Below are positions 1-9,067 of a stretch of DNA of 64,000 nt, piece after piece. Below the pieces are notes generated by a model. It worked only from the letters and a program-made list of their open reading frames with translations, was not told the origin of the DNA and searched no databases. The first letter of the stretch is position 1. Each line of letters starts with the position of its first letter. The stretch covers positions 32,001-96,000 of the forward strand of contig JAZDDZ010000047.1 of assembly GCA_043809245.1 (NCBI GenBank), read 5' to 3'. Origin of the DNA: Candidatus Iainarchaeum sp. (GTDB lineage Archaea; Iainarchaeota; Iainarchaeia; Iainarchaeales; JAZDDZ01). The position numbers were made by a program, and so were the translations under genes.

Positions 1-125
1 GAATCAGGGGAAAATATTTGGATAATTTGTTAAAGCGCAAGGGAAAAGGATTTGAATTGCTTGACCCCTCGCTTGAAAGAAAAAACAATTTCAACAAAAA
101 ATGGCTTTTGGATGTAAACTGGTGA
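1..125 (+). CDS. Partial (3' end) AbiEi-like type IV TA antitoxin
   Basis: Frame starting at 3 reads ...FELLDPSLERKNNFNKKWLLDVNW*, resembling the LLDP...KW.L.VN C-terminus of AbiEi antitoxins; directly upstream of an AbiEii gene. Confidence 0.6.
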   Translation, partial: IRGKYLDNLLKRKGKGFELLDPSLERKNNFNKKWLLDVNW

Positions 126-130
126 ATGAA

Positions 131-883
131 ATGATTTCAAGGGAAGAACTGGAAAAGGTTAGTGCGGCAAGGAAGACAAGCCTTTACTTCGAGGAAAAAG
201 AATACCTGCAATACGTTTTCCTTCACTCGGTTTCAAGGTTTGCCGAATCATTTGCATTCAAGGGCGGCACTTGCTTAAGAATATGCCATGGCTTTGAAAG
301 GGCTTCAGAGGACCTTGATTTCAGCTCTTCACTAAGCATTCAAAAAACGAGGAAAATCTTCGAGAGATGCCTTAAGGACTTCGCACTGCTCAACATAGAG
401 CAGGAGGTTTTTTCAGAAAAAGAGTTTGAAGGAAACATAAGGTTTGAAGCGCGCTTCAAAGGCCCCCTGTTCAGCGGAAACCGCCACTCAACGAATTCGC
501 TTAAAATTGATTTCAACAAAGGCAAATCAAGGAATACTGTTGCGAAAGCAATTCCCAAGCTGTTCTCTGACATCCCTGTTTTCACAATCCAGGCATTAGC
601 CGAAAAAGAAATCCTCGCGGAAAAAATTCGCACCTTAATCAACAGGGGGCAGGCACGCGACCTATACGACGTCTGGATGCTGCTGCAAAACAAAACACCC
701 ATTGACACAAAGCTCCTTGAAGCAAAACTAAAAGAAGAAAACAGCAGCATATCCAAGCTAAAAATGCCCGAAAAACAGGCATACGAAAGAGACCTAAAGC
801 CCCTTCTGAATTTTCTGCCCCCCTACAAGCAAGTCAAAGAAGAAGCGGAAAAAGAACTCAAAAAAATCAGGCCACTGCATTAA
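131..883 (+). CDS. AbiEii-family nucleotidyltransferase toxin
   Basis: FKGGTCLR..HG..R.SEDLDF, EILAEKIR and RDLYD motifs; ATG at 131 preferred over 101. Confidence 0.85.
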   Translation: MISREELEKVSAARKTSLYFEEKEYLQYVFLHSVSRFAESFAFKGGTCLRICHGFERASEDLDFSSSLSIQKTRKIFERCLKDFALLNIEQEVFSEKEFEGNIRFEARFKGPLFSGNRHSTNSLKIDFNKGKSRNTVAKAIPKLFSDIPVFTIQALAEKEILAEKIRTLINRGQARDLYDVWMLLQNKTPIDTKLLEAKLKEENSSISKLKMPEKQAYERDLKPLLNFLPPYKQVKEEAEKELKKIRPLH

Positions 884-892
884 ACCGAAAAG

Positions 893-936
893 AACGGAGC
901 GCGGAATTGCCCCGCGCAGGAAGGGGTTATGTAGAA
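893..936 (+). repeat. 44-bp site copy 1 (AACGGAGCG...GGTTATGTAGAA)
   Basis: Both ends and length conserved with copies at 2042, 3477 and 3553. Confidence 0.85.
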
Positions 937-952
937 GACAGTTGCATTTCTT

Positions 953-1384
953 TTAACCCTTTTTTACGATTTTTTTCACCGCTTCAAGGAATCCAGTGGC
1001 AATTTTTATAGCTGAATCCGCTTCGGATTCCTGCGCTTCCGCGTTTTTACCCAAGCCGTACATGAAGTCGTGCCTTTGAAGCCTTAACGAGTTAAGTTCG
1101 TTGAGATACTTTCGCTCTATTTTATCCGAATATTTTTCTTTCAGGTAAACGTAGACCGCAAAATGGCTTCTTTCCTTGAACCCGTCCCTAAATAAAAGCG
1201 CCCTAGCCGAATGGAACATGGAAGTGTAGGCGTTTACAATCGCGTCCTCGAATATTTCGTGCTCCAATTCTTTTTCAGCCAAATCAAGCTTGTGCTCTGC
1301 CATTTCAATGGATGACAAGGATTTTTCCTTGTCGGGCTTTTCCCTTACAAGCAAGCCTTCCCTGACGCATTCCTCTACATTCAT
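953..1384 (-). CDS. HEPN domain protein (HEPN-MNT toxin)
   Basis: AY.SMFHSARALL, SH..V, R...DFMY pattern; coupled to an MNT gene. Confidence 0.85.
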   Translation of the reverse strand: MNVEECVREGLLVREKPDKEKSLSSIEMAEHKLDLAEKELEHEIFEDAIVNAYTSMFHSARALLFRDGFKERSHFAVYVYLKEKYSDKIERKYLNELNSLRLQRHDFMYGLGKNAEAQESEADSAIKIATGFLEAVKKIVKKG

Positions 1385-1929
1385 AGTATCACGGGCCTTT
1401 CGCCGAGCAAAACAATTGAATCGTAAATAACCTTTTCATAAAACACCCTGTCTTCGGACGCCTTTTTCTTCCAATCGCCTAAAGACAGCACTGAAACATT
1501 CGCTTCCCTTCCGAGCCTGGAGAGGAAGCCGAAATCAATCTTTGCAGGCTTGTGCGCTATAACCAGCAAGTCAACATCGCTTTTCCCGTCATTCGTTCCC
1601 TTTGCAAGGCTGCCGTACAAAATTATTGCATGAATGTCCTTCAGCCTTTTTTTAATTTCCCCCACAACCCTTGCCTCTGCAAGCAGGTCAAGGTTGAATA
1701 AAACTTTCCACTGCCTGCACAAAGCGCTTTCAAGGTTCGCCTTAACCTGGTGGGTTCTGCCAATCTCCTCAAACGAAACAATTCCCTTCCGCTTCATGAA
1801 TTCCAGTGCATCCCCTGCAGAGCCTGCACTCAAACCCGACTCCAATGCAAGCCCCCTGACGGAAAACGCCTTGTTCGGCCTGGAAAGCACGAATTCAATC
1901 GCTTTAACCAAAGCATACTGTTCAAGCAT
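1381..1929 (-). CDS. wHTH + minimal nucleotidyltransferase (MNT) antitoxin
   Basis: LYGSLAKG...SDVDLLV motif with N-terminal HTH. Confidence 0.85.
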   Translation of the reverse strand: MLEQYALVKAIEFVLSRPNKAFSVRGLALESGLSAGSAGDALEFMKRKGIVSFEEIGRTHQVKANLESALCRQWKVLFNLDLLAEARVVGEIKKRLKDIHAIILYGSLAKGTNDGKSDVDLLVIAHKPAKIDFGFLSRLGREANVSVLSLGDWKKKASEDRVFYEKVIYDSIVLLGERPVIL

Positions 1930-2002
1930 AACAAATAATAAAAAAGACAAATGTATTTTTAAATAGAACATACTCGGGTATAAATCAATATAAAATACAT
2001 AT

Positions 2003-2018
2003 GTTCATTTAAATGAAC
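2003..2018. promoter_or_regulatory. Palindromic operator candidate GTTCATTTAAATGAAC over TATA-like box upstream of MNT-HEPN
   Basis: Perfect 16-bp palindrome seen in sequence. Confidence 0.45.
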
Positions 2019-2041
2019 GTAAACCAGTAAGCCAATTCTTT

Positions 2042-2085
2042 TTCTACATAACCGCTTCCCCTTTTTCCCTTTCCCGCGCTCCGTT
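2042..2085 (-). repeat. 44-bp site copy 2 (inverted)
   Basis: Reverse complement reads AACGGAGCGCGGGAAAGGGAAAAAGGGGAAGCGGTTATGTAGAA. Confidence 0.85.
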
Positions 2086-2168
2086 GAGGCGTTTGCCGCA
2101 AGTAGGTTTAAATATGTATATGCCTATGTATATATCTATTCATATAGATATCTTTGAGGTGTACTGTT

Positions 2169-2774
2169 ATGGTTAACCTTTCCTCTCCGAAAACTTTTTC
2201 CTTTGTTGAATTCATCTTGGAAAAGAAATCGTTCACGCAGTACTCCGCTGTGAAAGAATTGAAGCTTTCCATGCCTTTGGTGAACCAGGTCACGAATTTT
2301 CTTTTGGACAAGGGTTTTTTGTCGCATGACGGCAAAAAATATGTTTTGCGTGACGCTGCTGGGCTTGTTTCCGCGGTGCATTTGTTTCGGGACATGAGGA
2401 AAGCACTGCTTGTTGAGGTTTCCACGAGCCTTGGAAAAGAGGAGGTTGTAAAGCTATTGCCCTCTGCTGCAATTTTTTGCCTTGACAGCGCTTTGGCGCA
2501 TTACTCTAACTGGTGGCGCTCAAACAAGGCATGCGCTTACGTTACCGAAAAAGAGGCATTAGGCATTCAAAAAAAACTGTTTTACAAGAAAGGGGGCAAA
2601 ACAATTGTGCGATTGTTTTTAGAGCAGCCTTTGGTTAAAGACAAGGTGAAATTTCAAGGCAGGCAATTCACTTCAAAAATCAGGACAGTCATTGACATGG
2701 TGTGCGACAACCAAATGAATGCAGTTGAGCCTCTTTTTTCAGAGCTTTGGGGTGAAAGAATTGGAAGGCATTGA
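2169..2774 (+). CDS. wHTH protein, putative antitoxin partner of a nucleotidyltransferase (paralog of 13390-13992)
   Basis: FTQ...KEL..S..LVN.V wHTH; shares CLDSAL..YS...RSN and RT.ID.VCDN with 13390. Confidence 0.65.
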   Translation: MVNLSSPKTFSFVEFILEKKSFTQYSAVKELKLSMPLVNQVTNFLLDKGFLSHDGKKYVLRDAAGLVSAVHLFRDMRKALLVEVSTSLGKEEVVKLLPSAAIFCLDSALAHYSNWWRSNKACAYVTEKEALGIQKKLFYKKGGKTIVRLFLEQPLVKDKVKFQGRQFTSKIRTVIDMVCDNQMNAVEPLFSELWGERIGRH

Positions 2775-3447
2775 ATCAATTTACAATAAGGATGCAACTG
2801 AACTCTCCTTGTCCGAGTTAAAGCGTTTTCTTTCGTGGTGTGAATACACGCTGCATTATGCGCCAGTAATAATCGGCGGCTGGGCTGTTTACGCTTTCAC
2901 TCCAAAAATCGGCTCAATCGACATTGACATTGTATTGAAAAAGAAGGACTTCAAAAAACTTGCGGTTTTTTTCTCTGAAAACGGTTATGCGAAAAAAGAG
3001 GATGAACCGAACATTTACTTCAAGGAAGCCATGCTGCCTTCAGGCAAAACCGAAACAATGCGTTTCGACTTGATTGCATTGGAATCAAAGTATGCAATCA
3101 GCAGGGAGCCGAACGTAAGCATTCCCATAAGGCTTGTGGAAAAACATTCAAAAGAAATTTCCTTCGAAAGACAGAAAATAATTGTGCCGGAAAAAGAATT
3201 GCTGTTAATCCAGAAAGTTGCCGCATATAGGAATCGCGAGGACCTGGCCAGAACAGGGCATTTAAGGCTGGCTTTCGGCCAAAGGGAATGGAATGAAAGA
3301 AAAATAGCCAAAGACAAGGAAGACATTAAAAACCTCATAGAATCAGGCATTGACTTTGAAAAACTGGAAAAACTGCTTGAAAAAACCGGGTTCAAAAAAA
3401 TATACGAAGATGCATTAAAAGAAATCGACGCATTCAGGCAAAAATAA
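2752..3447 (+). CDS. Polbeta-superfamily nucleotidyltransferase (AbiEii-like)
   Basis: IIGGWAV...GS.DIDIV, LL..K..AY..R, KD.EDI motifs; GTG start at 2752 inferred. Confidence 0.75.
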   Translation: MKELEGIESIYNKDATELSLSELKRFLSWCEYTLHYAPVIIGGWAVYAFTPKIGSIDIDIVLKKKDFKKLAVFFSENGYAKKEDEPNIYFKEAMLPSGKTETMRFDLIALESKYAISREPNVSIPIRLVEKHSKEISFERQKIIVPEKELLLIQKVAAYRNREDLARTGHLRLAFGQREWNERKIAKDKEDIKNLIESGIDFEKLEKLLEKTGFKKIYEDALKEIDAFRQK

Positions 3448-3476
3448 AAAGGGAAGGATTACACCCCTGCATAAAT

Positions 3477-3519
3477 AACGGGGCGTCGAACCGCCCGCAG
3501 CGGAATTGGTTATGTAGAA
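3477..3519 (+). repeat. 43-bp site copy 3 (contains CCGCAGCGG)
   Basis: AACGGGGCG...CCGCAGCGGAATTGGTTATGTAGAA. Confidence 0.8.
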
Positions 3520-3552
3520 GGCTGCACTGAAAACCGCTTCCAATTTCCTTCT

Positions 3553-3596
3553 TTCTACATAACCGCCTCCTCTTTTTCCCTTTCCCTCGCTCCGTT
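3553..3596 (-). repeat. 44-bp site copy 4 (inverted; near-identical to copy 2)
   Basis: Reverse complement reads AACGGAGCGAGGGAAAGGGAAAAAGAGGAGGCGGTTATGTAGAA. Confidence 0.85.
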
Positions 3597-3609
3597 AGTT
3601 TCCCGGTTC

Positions 3610-4815
3610 TCAAATTTCTTGGCTTATGTAAAAGATTGGCCTGAATTTTATGTTGTTTTTTTCGGCATTCAATTTTTCCGACAGAATGAGTGCTTTTTTT
3701 GGCTTGTATTTTTCCGTGAAGCTTTGGAATGATTTTGATGCGATTGGCTTGTTTAGGCTGGATTTGATTTCAATTGGGATTATTTTTCCGTTTTTTTCCA
3801 GGACAAAGTCCACTTCGGCTTTTGATTTGGCACGCCAGTATTTCAGCTCGAATTGCTTTTTCACCAATTCTGTTGCCGCAAAGTTTTCGTATAATGCCCC
3901 TTTGTCGGCCCTGTCCTTGGCTGGCTGAAAGTTTTTAATGACCGCGTTCCTGAAGCCGTTGTCGTAAAAAAAGATTTTCGGTGCCTTTACCAGCTCTGTC
4001 CTTTTGTTTGAATAGAACGGCTGGCTTCTCTGGCAGATAAATGTTTTTTCAAGTATGTTCAGGTTTTTCAGCAAATCCTTGTAGTTCAAGGAAGTAATGC
4101 CTGACAACTCGTTATAGTTCAGAATGCCGCCTGTCTGCAGTGCGAGCGCGTGAATCAGTTTGCTGAGCTTGAAGTCCTCTGGAATGTTTAGGATTTCCTT
4201 TATTTCCTTGAGAAAATATGTGTTGTAAATGTTGCGCAAAACAAGCTCTTTTTCCTCCGAATTTTTGCTTAAAACCACCCTTGGATAGCCGCCGTACACG
4301 CAGAATTCATTAAAAAGCGGGATGATTTTCCCAATGACCGGTTCGCTCAGCCTCCCCTTAACGTAAATTTTCCCGAATAATTCGGGTTCCCTGAAGTTCA
4401 AAAATTCCTCGAAAGAGAATGGATATAGGTTAAATACAAGGATTCTGCCTACAAGATACTTTATGCCGTGAATGGACAACCCGCTTGCCGAAGAGCCCGA
4501 AACAAGGATTTTGGTTTCATGGTTATCGTAAATGAATTTCAGGTTTTTCCCGCCTTCCTTGGAGTACTGAAACTCGTCAATGAACAAATACTTGTAGGGC
4601 TTGACGTGCAGTTCAACAAACGACTTAATATCCCCGTTGAATAACTCTAAAGTCTCCCTGTCCTCGAAATCCAGGAAATGCGCTTCCTTTAATCCCGCAA
4701 AAATATGCTTTAACAGCGTGGTTTTGCCGCTCTGCCTCGGGCCAGTAACCGCAATTATCTCCCGCTTGCCCAGATAACGAAAAATCTCCCCCTCCAAAAA
4801 TCTATCTATATACAT
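3610..4815 (-). CDS. AAA_14 ATPase with DUF4143 and C-terminal PD-(D/E)xK-like domain
   Basis: GPRQSGKTT Walker A, FIDEFQ, GGYP, PKIFFYDNG, EVDFV...PIEIK. Confidence 0.9.
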   Translation of the reverse strand: MYIDRFLEGEIFRYLGKREIIAVTGPRQSGKTTLLKHIFAGLKEAHFLDFEDRETLELFNGDIKSFVELHVKPYKYLFIDEFQYSKEGGKNLKFIYDNHETKILVSGSSASGLSIHGIKYLVGRILVFNLYPFSFEEFLNFREPELFGKIYVKGRLSEPVIGKIIPLFNEFCVYGGYPRVVLSKNSEEKELVLRNIYNTYFLKEIKEILNIPEDFKLSKLIHALALQTGGILNYNELSGITSLNYKDLLKNLNILEKTFICQRSQPFYSNKRTELVKAPKIFFYDNGFRNAVIKNFQPAKDRADKGALYENFAATELVKKQFELKYWRAKSKAEVDFVLEKNGKIIPIEIKSSLNKPIASKSFQSFTEKYKPKKALILSEKLNAEKNNIKFRPIFYISQEI

Positions 4816-5022
4816 TTTATCCCTGCTAAAATTTACACAATATAAATAATAGCAGGCATATATTTAAAGCTTTCTGCGCTTGTTTTCCTTGCTTTTTTTG
4901 CCTTTCAGCCGCTTTCTCCCCCCTTGCCTCTTGTTTTTCCGCGATTTTTTTCCAAGAAAGGTTTTTATATTAGGTCATCCTTTATCTATTACTTTAATTG
5001 ATTTGTTTTAAGGTGTTGTTTT

Positions 5023-5778
5023 TTGGTTGAAAAGGTTAAGACTGGCATTCAGGGCTTGGATAAGGCTTTGGAGGGCGGAATCCCCAAGCGAAACATTGTC
5101 TTGGTTTCCGGCGGAGCCGGAACAGGTAAAAGCACTTTATCCATGCAATACCTGGTTAATGGCGCGAAACTGTTCGGGGATCGAGGCCTTTACATCTCCA
5201 CTGAGCAGCGCCGAGAAGAATTGATTAAAGCGGGCATGAATTTTGGCTGGAACATTGAGGAATTAGAGCAAAAAAACCTGCTTAAGATAAAGTTTTTTGA
5301 CGTGGTCGGCGGCGACAACTGGCTGCAGAAGATTTACGACCTCTATACTGCATTCCAACCCAAACGCATTGTAGTTGACTCTTTAACGACTTTCACTGAC
5401 GCCATGCTTGTCGCTGGAATGGGCGAAGACACTGCGTTCTCCATGGTGCAAGTAGCTGAAACCGTTTCACCTGTGCCACGCACCGAGAAGATTATAGCGA
5501 AAACAACGCTGTACCATTTGATGAATAAGCTGAGATTGTTTGATTCAACTGTTATACTTACATCGGAGCTGGACGAGGGAACACAAAGTCTAAGTGCAGA
5601 TGGCGTAAGCGAGTTTATTGCGGATGGAGTAATAATATTACATTATTTGGGCGTAGGCGCGGTCGACTTTAGAAGCCTGCTCGTAAGAAAGATGAGATAT
5701 ACCAACCACAACAAGCAAACTTTGCTATACGATATTTCGCAGAAAGGAATAGAAATTAAAGAAGAACAAAATGTATAA
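5023..5778 (+). CDS. KaiC/RecA-superfamily ATPase (single domain)
   Basis: TGIQGLD..L.GGIP, GGAGTGKS, IVVDS, EFIADGVI, VRKMR. Confidence 0.9.
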   Translation: MVEKVKTGIQGLDKALEGGIPKRNIVLVSGGAGTGKSTLSMQYLVNGAKLFGDRGLYISTEQRREELIKAGMNFGWNIEELEQKNLLKIKFFDVVGGDNWLQKIYDLYTAFQPKRIVVDSLTTFTDAMLVAGMGEDTAFSMVQVAETVSPVPRTEKIIAKTTLYHLMNKLRLFDSTVILTSELDEGTQSLSADGVSEFIADGVIILHYLGVGAVDFRSLLVRKMRYTNHNKQTLLYDISQKGIEIKEEQNV

Positions 5779-5783
5779 CATTT

Positions 5784-6461
5784 ATGCTTAAACACATTTT
5801 AGTTATTCCTGATGGCAATAGACGATACGCAAAAGAACGTAACTGTTCACTTCAGGAAATATACGACTATGCAATAATAGAACTTACAACCAAACTATTA
5901 AAATTTTTCCTAATTGAGAAAAACATCCCAGAAGTTACTATCTACGGTATTTCTTTAAACAATATCCTAAAAAGAAAAGCCGAAGAACTTGAACCAATTT
6001 TTAAGCCACAGATAAAAGCCTATAAAAAATGGTTAACTGATAATGATTTTAAGAATGCCCAAGTCGCATTTAGGTTTTTTGGGGAGATTGAAAAACTTCC
6101 TAAAAATTACAAAAAAATTATTAAAGAATTGGAAGCCGCAGCCCCAAAAAAACCAAAAAAAATGTGCAATCTTTTGGTTGGCTATGACGCAGAAGCAGAG
6201 ATAGTTAATGCTATAAATTGTGCACAAAAAAATAAAGGCAGAATATCCCAAGAAAAATTGCGTGATTTCTTACAACTAAAAACGCCAATTGATGTTGTTT
6301 TTCGCTCAGGTTATGAAAAGAGACTATCGGGAGCACCTTTAATTCAATCTAGCCAAGCAGAGCTGATATTTGCTGACTACTATTACCCCGAATTAAATAA
6401 AAAAAGAATGGAAGGAATAATAGAAGAATACAATAATAGAAAAAGGAGGCATGGCCAATGA
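5784..6461 (+). CDS. cis-prenyltransferase (UppS-like), divergent
   Basis: HILVIPDGNRRYA, DVVFRSGYEKRLSG, AELIF motifs. Confidence 0.85.
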   Translation: MLKHILVIPDGNRRYAKERNCSLQEIYDYAIIELTTKLLKFFLIEKNIPEVTIYGISLNNILKRKAEELEPIFKPQIKAYKKWLTDNDFKNAQVAFRFFGEIEKLPKNYKKIIKELEAAAPKKPKKMCNLLVGYDAEAEIVNAINCAQKNKGRISQEKLRDFLQLKTPIDVVFRSGYEKRLSGAPLIQSSQAELIFADYYYPELNKKRMEGIIEEYNNRKRRHGQ

Positions 6462-7021
6462 TAGACTTATTCCAGAAATTACTAATGATGCAACAAATAA
6501 AGTTCGAAGAAGGCAATATTAGGTTATTCGGTCGAAGAATGGTTCTTTCTCCTGCAGAGATGCCAATCGCGATGACCGACTATATGTTAAATCATCCACA
6601 AGCGATTCCCGAAATATATGAAAAAATTAGGGTTAATATTGAGACTGGTTGGGCAGAAGCAGTACATGATCTTTATAAATTTGGAAGGCGAAATTACATT
6701 GACACTATGAAAGACATAGGAACGTTAAGTGGGTGGGGAAATCATCAATTTCTAACCTATGATGCAGAAAAATTAGAAGGTCTTGTCAGAACACCTAATT
6801 CTCCTGTGGGTGAATATTATAAAAATAAAGTAAAAGAGCCAGTAGACCATATTTTTAGGGGGTTAGCTGCCGGTGTTGGAAGCGCAATACTAAAAAAAGA
6901 GATGGATTGGATAGAGACAAAATGTATTGGAAAAGGAGATCCTTATTGTGAAATGCTTTTTAAGTTGCGAGAAAATATTACTTCTGAAGAAAGAAAAAAA
7001 TATATAAATCAACTTCCTTAA
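6458..7021 (+). CDS. V4R (4-vinyl reductase) ligand-binding domain protein
   Basis: GWG, DHIFRGLAAG, E.KC.GKGD.YC C-terminal motif. Confidence 0.85.
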   Translation: MIDLFQKLLMMQQIKFEEGNIRLFGRRMVLSPAEMPIAMTDYMLNHPQAIPEIYEKIRVNIETGWAEAVHDLYKFGRRNYIDTMKDIGTLSGWGNHQFLTYDAEKLEGLVRTPNSPVGEYYKNKVKEPVDHIFRGLAAGVGSAILKKEMDWIETKCIGKGDPYCEMLFKLRENITSEERKKYINQLP

Positions 7022-7032
7022 CGGTAGTTATT

Positions 7033-7887
7033 ATGAGATTAAGTTTTAGTGATTTGCTAAGCATTTTTGTACCCCATTATATATTGTCTGCCGTTATAAC
7101 GACTTTTTTTGTTTTTTTCCTATCCTCAGGAAGCGTAGTTGAGCAAAATTTGATTTTTGGCATTATTTTATATGCCACTTGCATTGTTGCATTTAACGCA
7201 TATAACATGGTTTTTGATGAGGACATCGACAGCATAAATAAGCCGCTTAGACCAATCCCATCCAAAAAAATTTCGAAGGGTAAAATATTATCATTGAGTA
7301 TATCCCTCTTTTTATTGAGTATTTTTTTGGCAATATTGGTGAACTGGCAGTTGTCGATTTTATTCTTCGCGTTTTTTATTGAAGCTATAATTTATTCAAC
7401 ACCCCCTCTTCGTTTAAGGAAAATTTTATTTTTCCATAACCTAAACGCCACTTTAATTTTTGGGCTAATCCCTATTTTTATAAGCCGAATTGTGACTGGG
7501 CTTATATTGCCGCTGGAATTCTCGTTCTATCTCATTAGTTTAATTTTTGTTACAGCAACTGTTAAAGACTACGAAGATATTAGTGGCGAAAAGAAATTTA
7601 AAATAAAAACAATCCCTAATTATTTTGGAATTGATATTTCAAATAAATTTATTTTATTTGGCTATTTCTTTCTGCACTTCTTTATGGCGCTTTTTTTTAT
7701 TTTTATTAAATTTAGCAGTGGTCTTTTATTTGCGGCTATTTGCGGCATTATATTTTCGTTAACAATTTATTCAAAGTTAGTAAACTTTGAGAATTCTACC
7801 GAAACGAAAATCCACTCTCCGCTAGTTAATTTTGTTTTATTTTTTACCTATTTAGTTCAGCTAATTTTTATAATAGTACCCCGATAA
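7033..7887 (+). CDS. UbiA-family intramembrane prenyltransferase
   Basis: N...D.DID.INKP.RPIPS, YSTPPLRL, KDYEDI.GE; multiple hydrophobic helices. Confidence 0.9.
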   Translation: MRLSFSDLLSIFVPHYILSAVITTFFVFFLSSGSVVEQNLIFGIILYATCIVAFNAYNMVFDEDIDSINKPLRPIPSKKISKGKILSLSISLFLLSIFLAILVNWQLSILFFAFFIEAIIYSTPPLRLRKILFFHNLNATLIFGLIPIFISRIVTGLILPLEFSFYLISLIFVTATVKDYEDISGEKKFKIKTIPNYFGIDISNKFILFGYFFLHFFMALFFIFIKFSSGLLFAAICGIIFSLTIYSKLVNFENSTETKIHSPLVNFVLFFTYLVQLIFIIVPR

Positions 7888-7891
7888 ATCG

Positions 7892-8965
7892 CTAATAAAA
7901 CAATTTTTTCAAGCTATATTTTTTTCGCCAATTGTCTATTTCAAGGCGTATTTTTAACTTAGATACTAGCTGGTCTAAAGTTATGGGAATTTTGTTGTAT
8001 TCACTGACATCAATTTTATCTGAAAAAATTAGTTTCTCGAAATCCTCATCCGCCATATGCTCGTATATTATCCGTCTCTTTAACGCTGCCAACAACTCTG
8101 ATTCGATAGCACCTTTCCAAATTGTATCATAATTTGTCTTGTTAATAATAGATTGAGCTGCTGCGATTGCACTTTCAAGGCAATAATTGACTCCAAATCC
8201 CCTTGCTGCATCTACAAAACCCGCTGCTGATCCAATAAACTTAATTTTATTTATTTCCGCAGTCTTTGGAACATTAGCATAAGTAAAACCGCCGAATTTG
8301 TCTGCAGAACTACTATTTTCTATGATTTTGGATATTATCATATTCTCCTTCAAAAACCTTTCAAAGAGCAAAGGCAAGTTTGCATTTAAGTTAAAACTTA
8401 CCTCGCCAATGCTGGCTTCATGCTTTCCGTAAGGTATTAACCCTAAATATCCGTGGGGCGCAAATTCATTATTCAGAAAAAATAAAATTGTATCTTTTTG
8501 AACGGTCACATCCTTAAAATGAACACCGTAATACGCAATATTTCTGAAAATAGAACTTGAAGAAACAATCTCTGCATTTTTCAAGTTTTTATTTTCTTTA
8601 AATTGAAATTTAACCCCTTCATCTTCTGCCTGTTCAAAAAGCTGGGAATCAAAAGAAGTCAATGCCTCTCCGCGCCGAAATATGTAGAACAGTGGTTCTT
8701 TTGAATTAATTTCCATTTTCCTGCCTGACGGCGAATATTTTGTTATTTTATATATTGGTTTAGTATAGTTTAAATCCAAACCCTCTTTTCTAAATTTCTG
8801 GAGCTGTCCATAATCCGGACCATAATTCCTTATAGCTTGAATATTTTCGCCTGTGTTGAGCCCTATTGCGCGGTTCTTTTCAAAGACAGAGGCCCTTTCG
8901 CCGCCCTTTGCCAAGATTATTGCTGCTGAAAGCCCCGCAATGCCCGCCCCAATTATTTTTTGCAT
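7892..8965 (-). CDS. FAD-dependent oxidoreductase, geranylgeranyl reductase-like
   Basis: IIGAGIAGL..A Rossmann motif, FAP.GY, G.AAGFVD...GFG. Confidence 0.75.
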   Translation of the reverse strand: MQKIIGAGIAGLSAAIILAKGGERASVFEKNRAIGLNTGENIQAIRNYGPDYGQLQKFRKEGLDLNYTKPIYKITKYSPSGRKMEINSKEPLFYIFRRGEALTSFDSQLFEQAEDEGVKFQFKENKNLKNAEIVSSSSIFRNIAYYGVHFKDVTVQKDTILFFLNNEFAPHGYLGLIPYGKHEASIGEVSFNLNANLPLLFERFLKENMIISKIIENSSSADKFGGFTYANVPKTAEINKIKFIGSAAGFVDAARGFGVNYCLESAIAAAQSIINKTNYDTIWKGAIESELLAALKRRIIYEHMADEDFEKLIFSDKIDVSEYNKIPITLDQLVSKLKIRLEIDNWRKKYSLKKLFY

Positions 8966-9067
8966 GTATAGTAATAAGCGCTTTTCATTTTTAAACTTTA
9001 GTAGATTATTATTTTAACTGAAAACCACCAAAAATGGATAAAAAGCTTATTTAACGCTAAAGCCGAC

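Noticed and set aside
909-937. Canonical 28-bp dif site
   Set aside because: Only one XerD-like arm; no inverted ...CATAA arm 6 bp away
893-3596. 44-bp sites as integron attC sites or a CRISPR array
   Set aside because: They have AAC...GTT ends but are too short for attC, alternate in orientation, and two copies cannot form a hairpin; spacing and orientation are incompatible with CRISPR and no cas genes were seen
4900-4950. Possible fifth degenerate copy of the 44-bp site
   Set aside because: Only a pyrimidine tract; both conserved ends are missing
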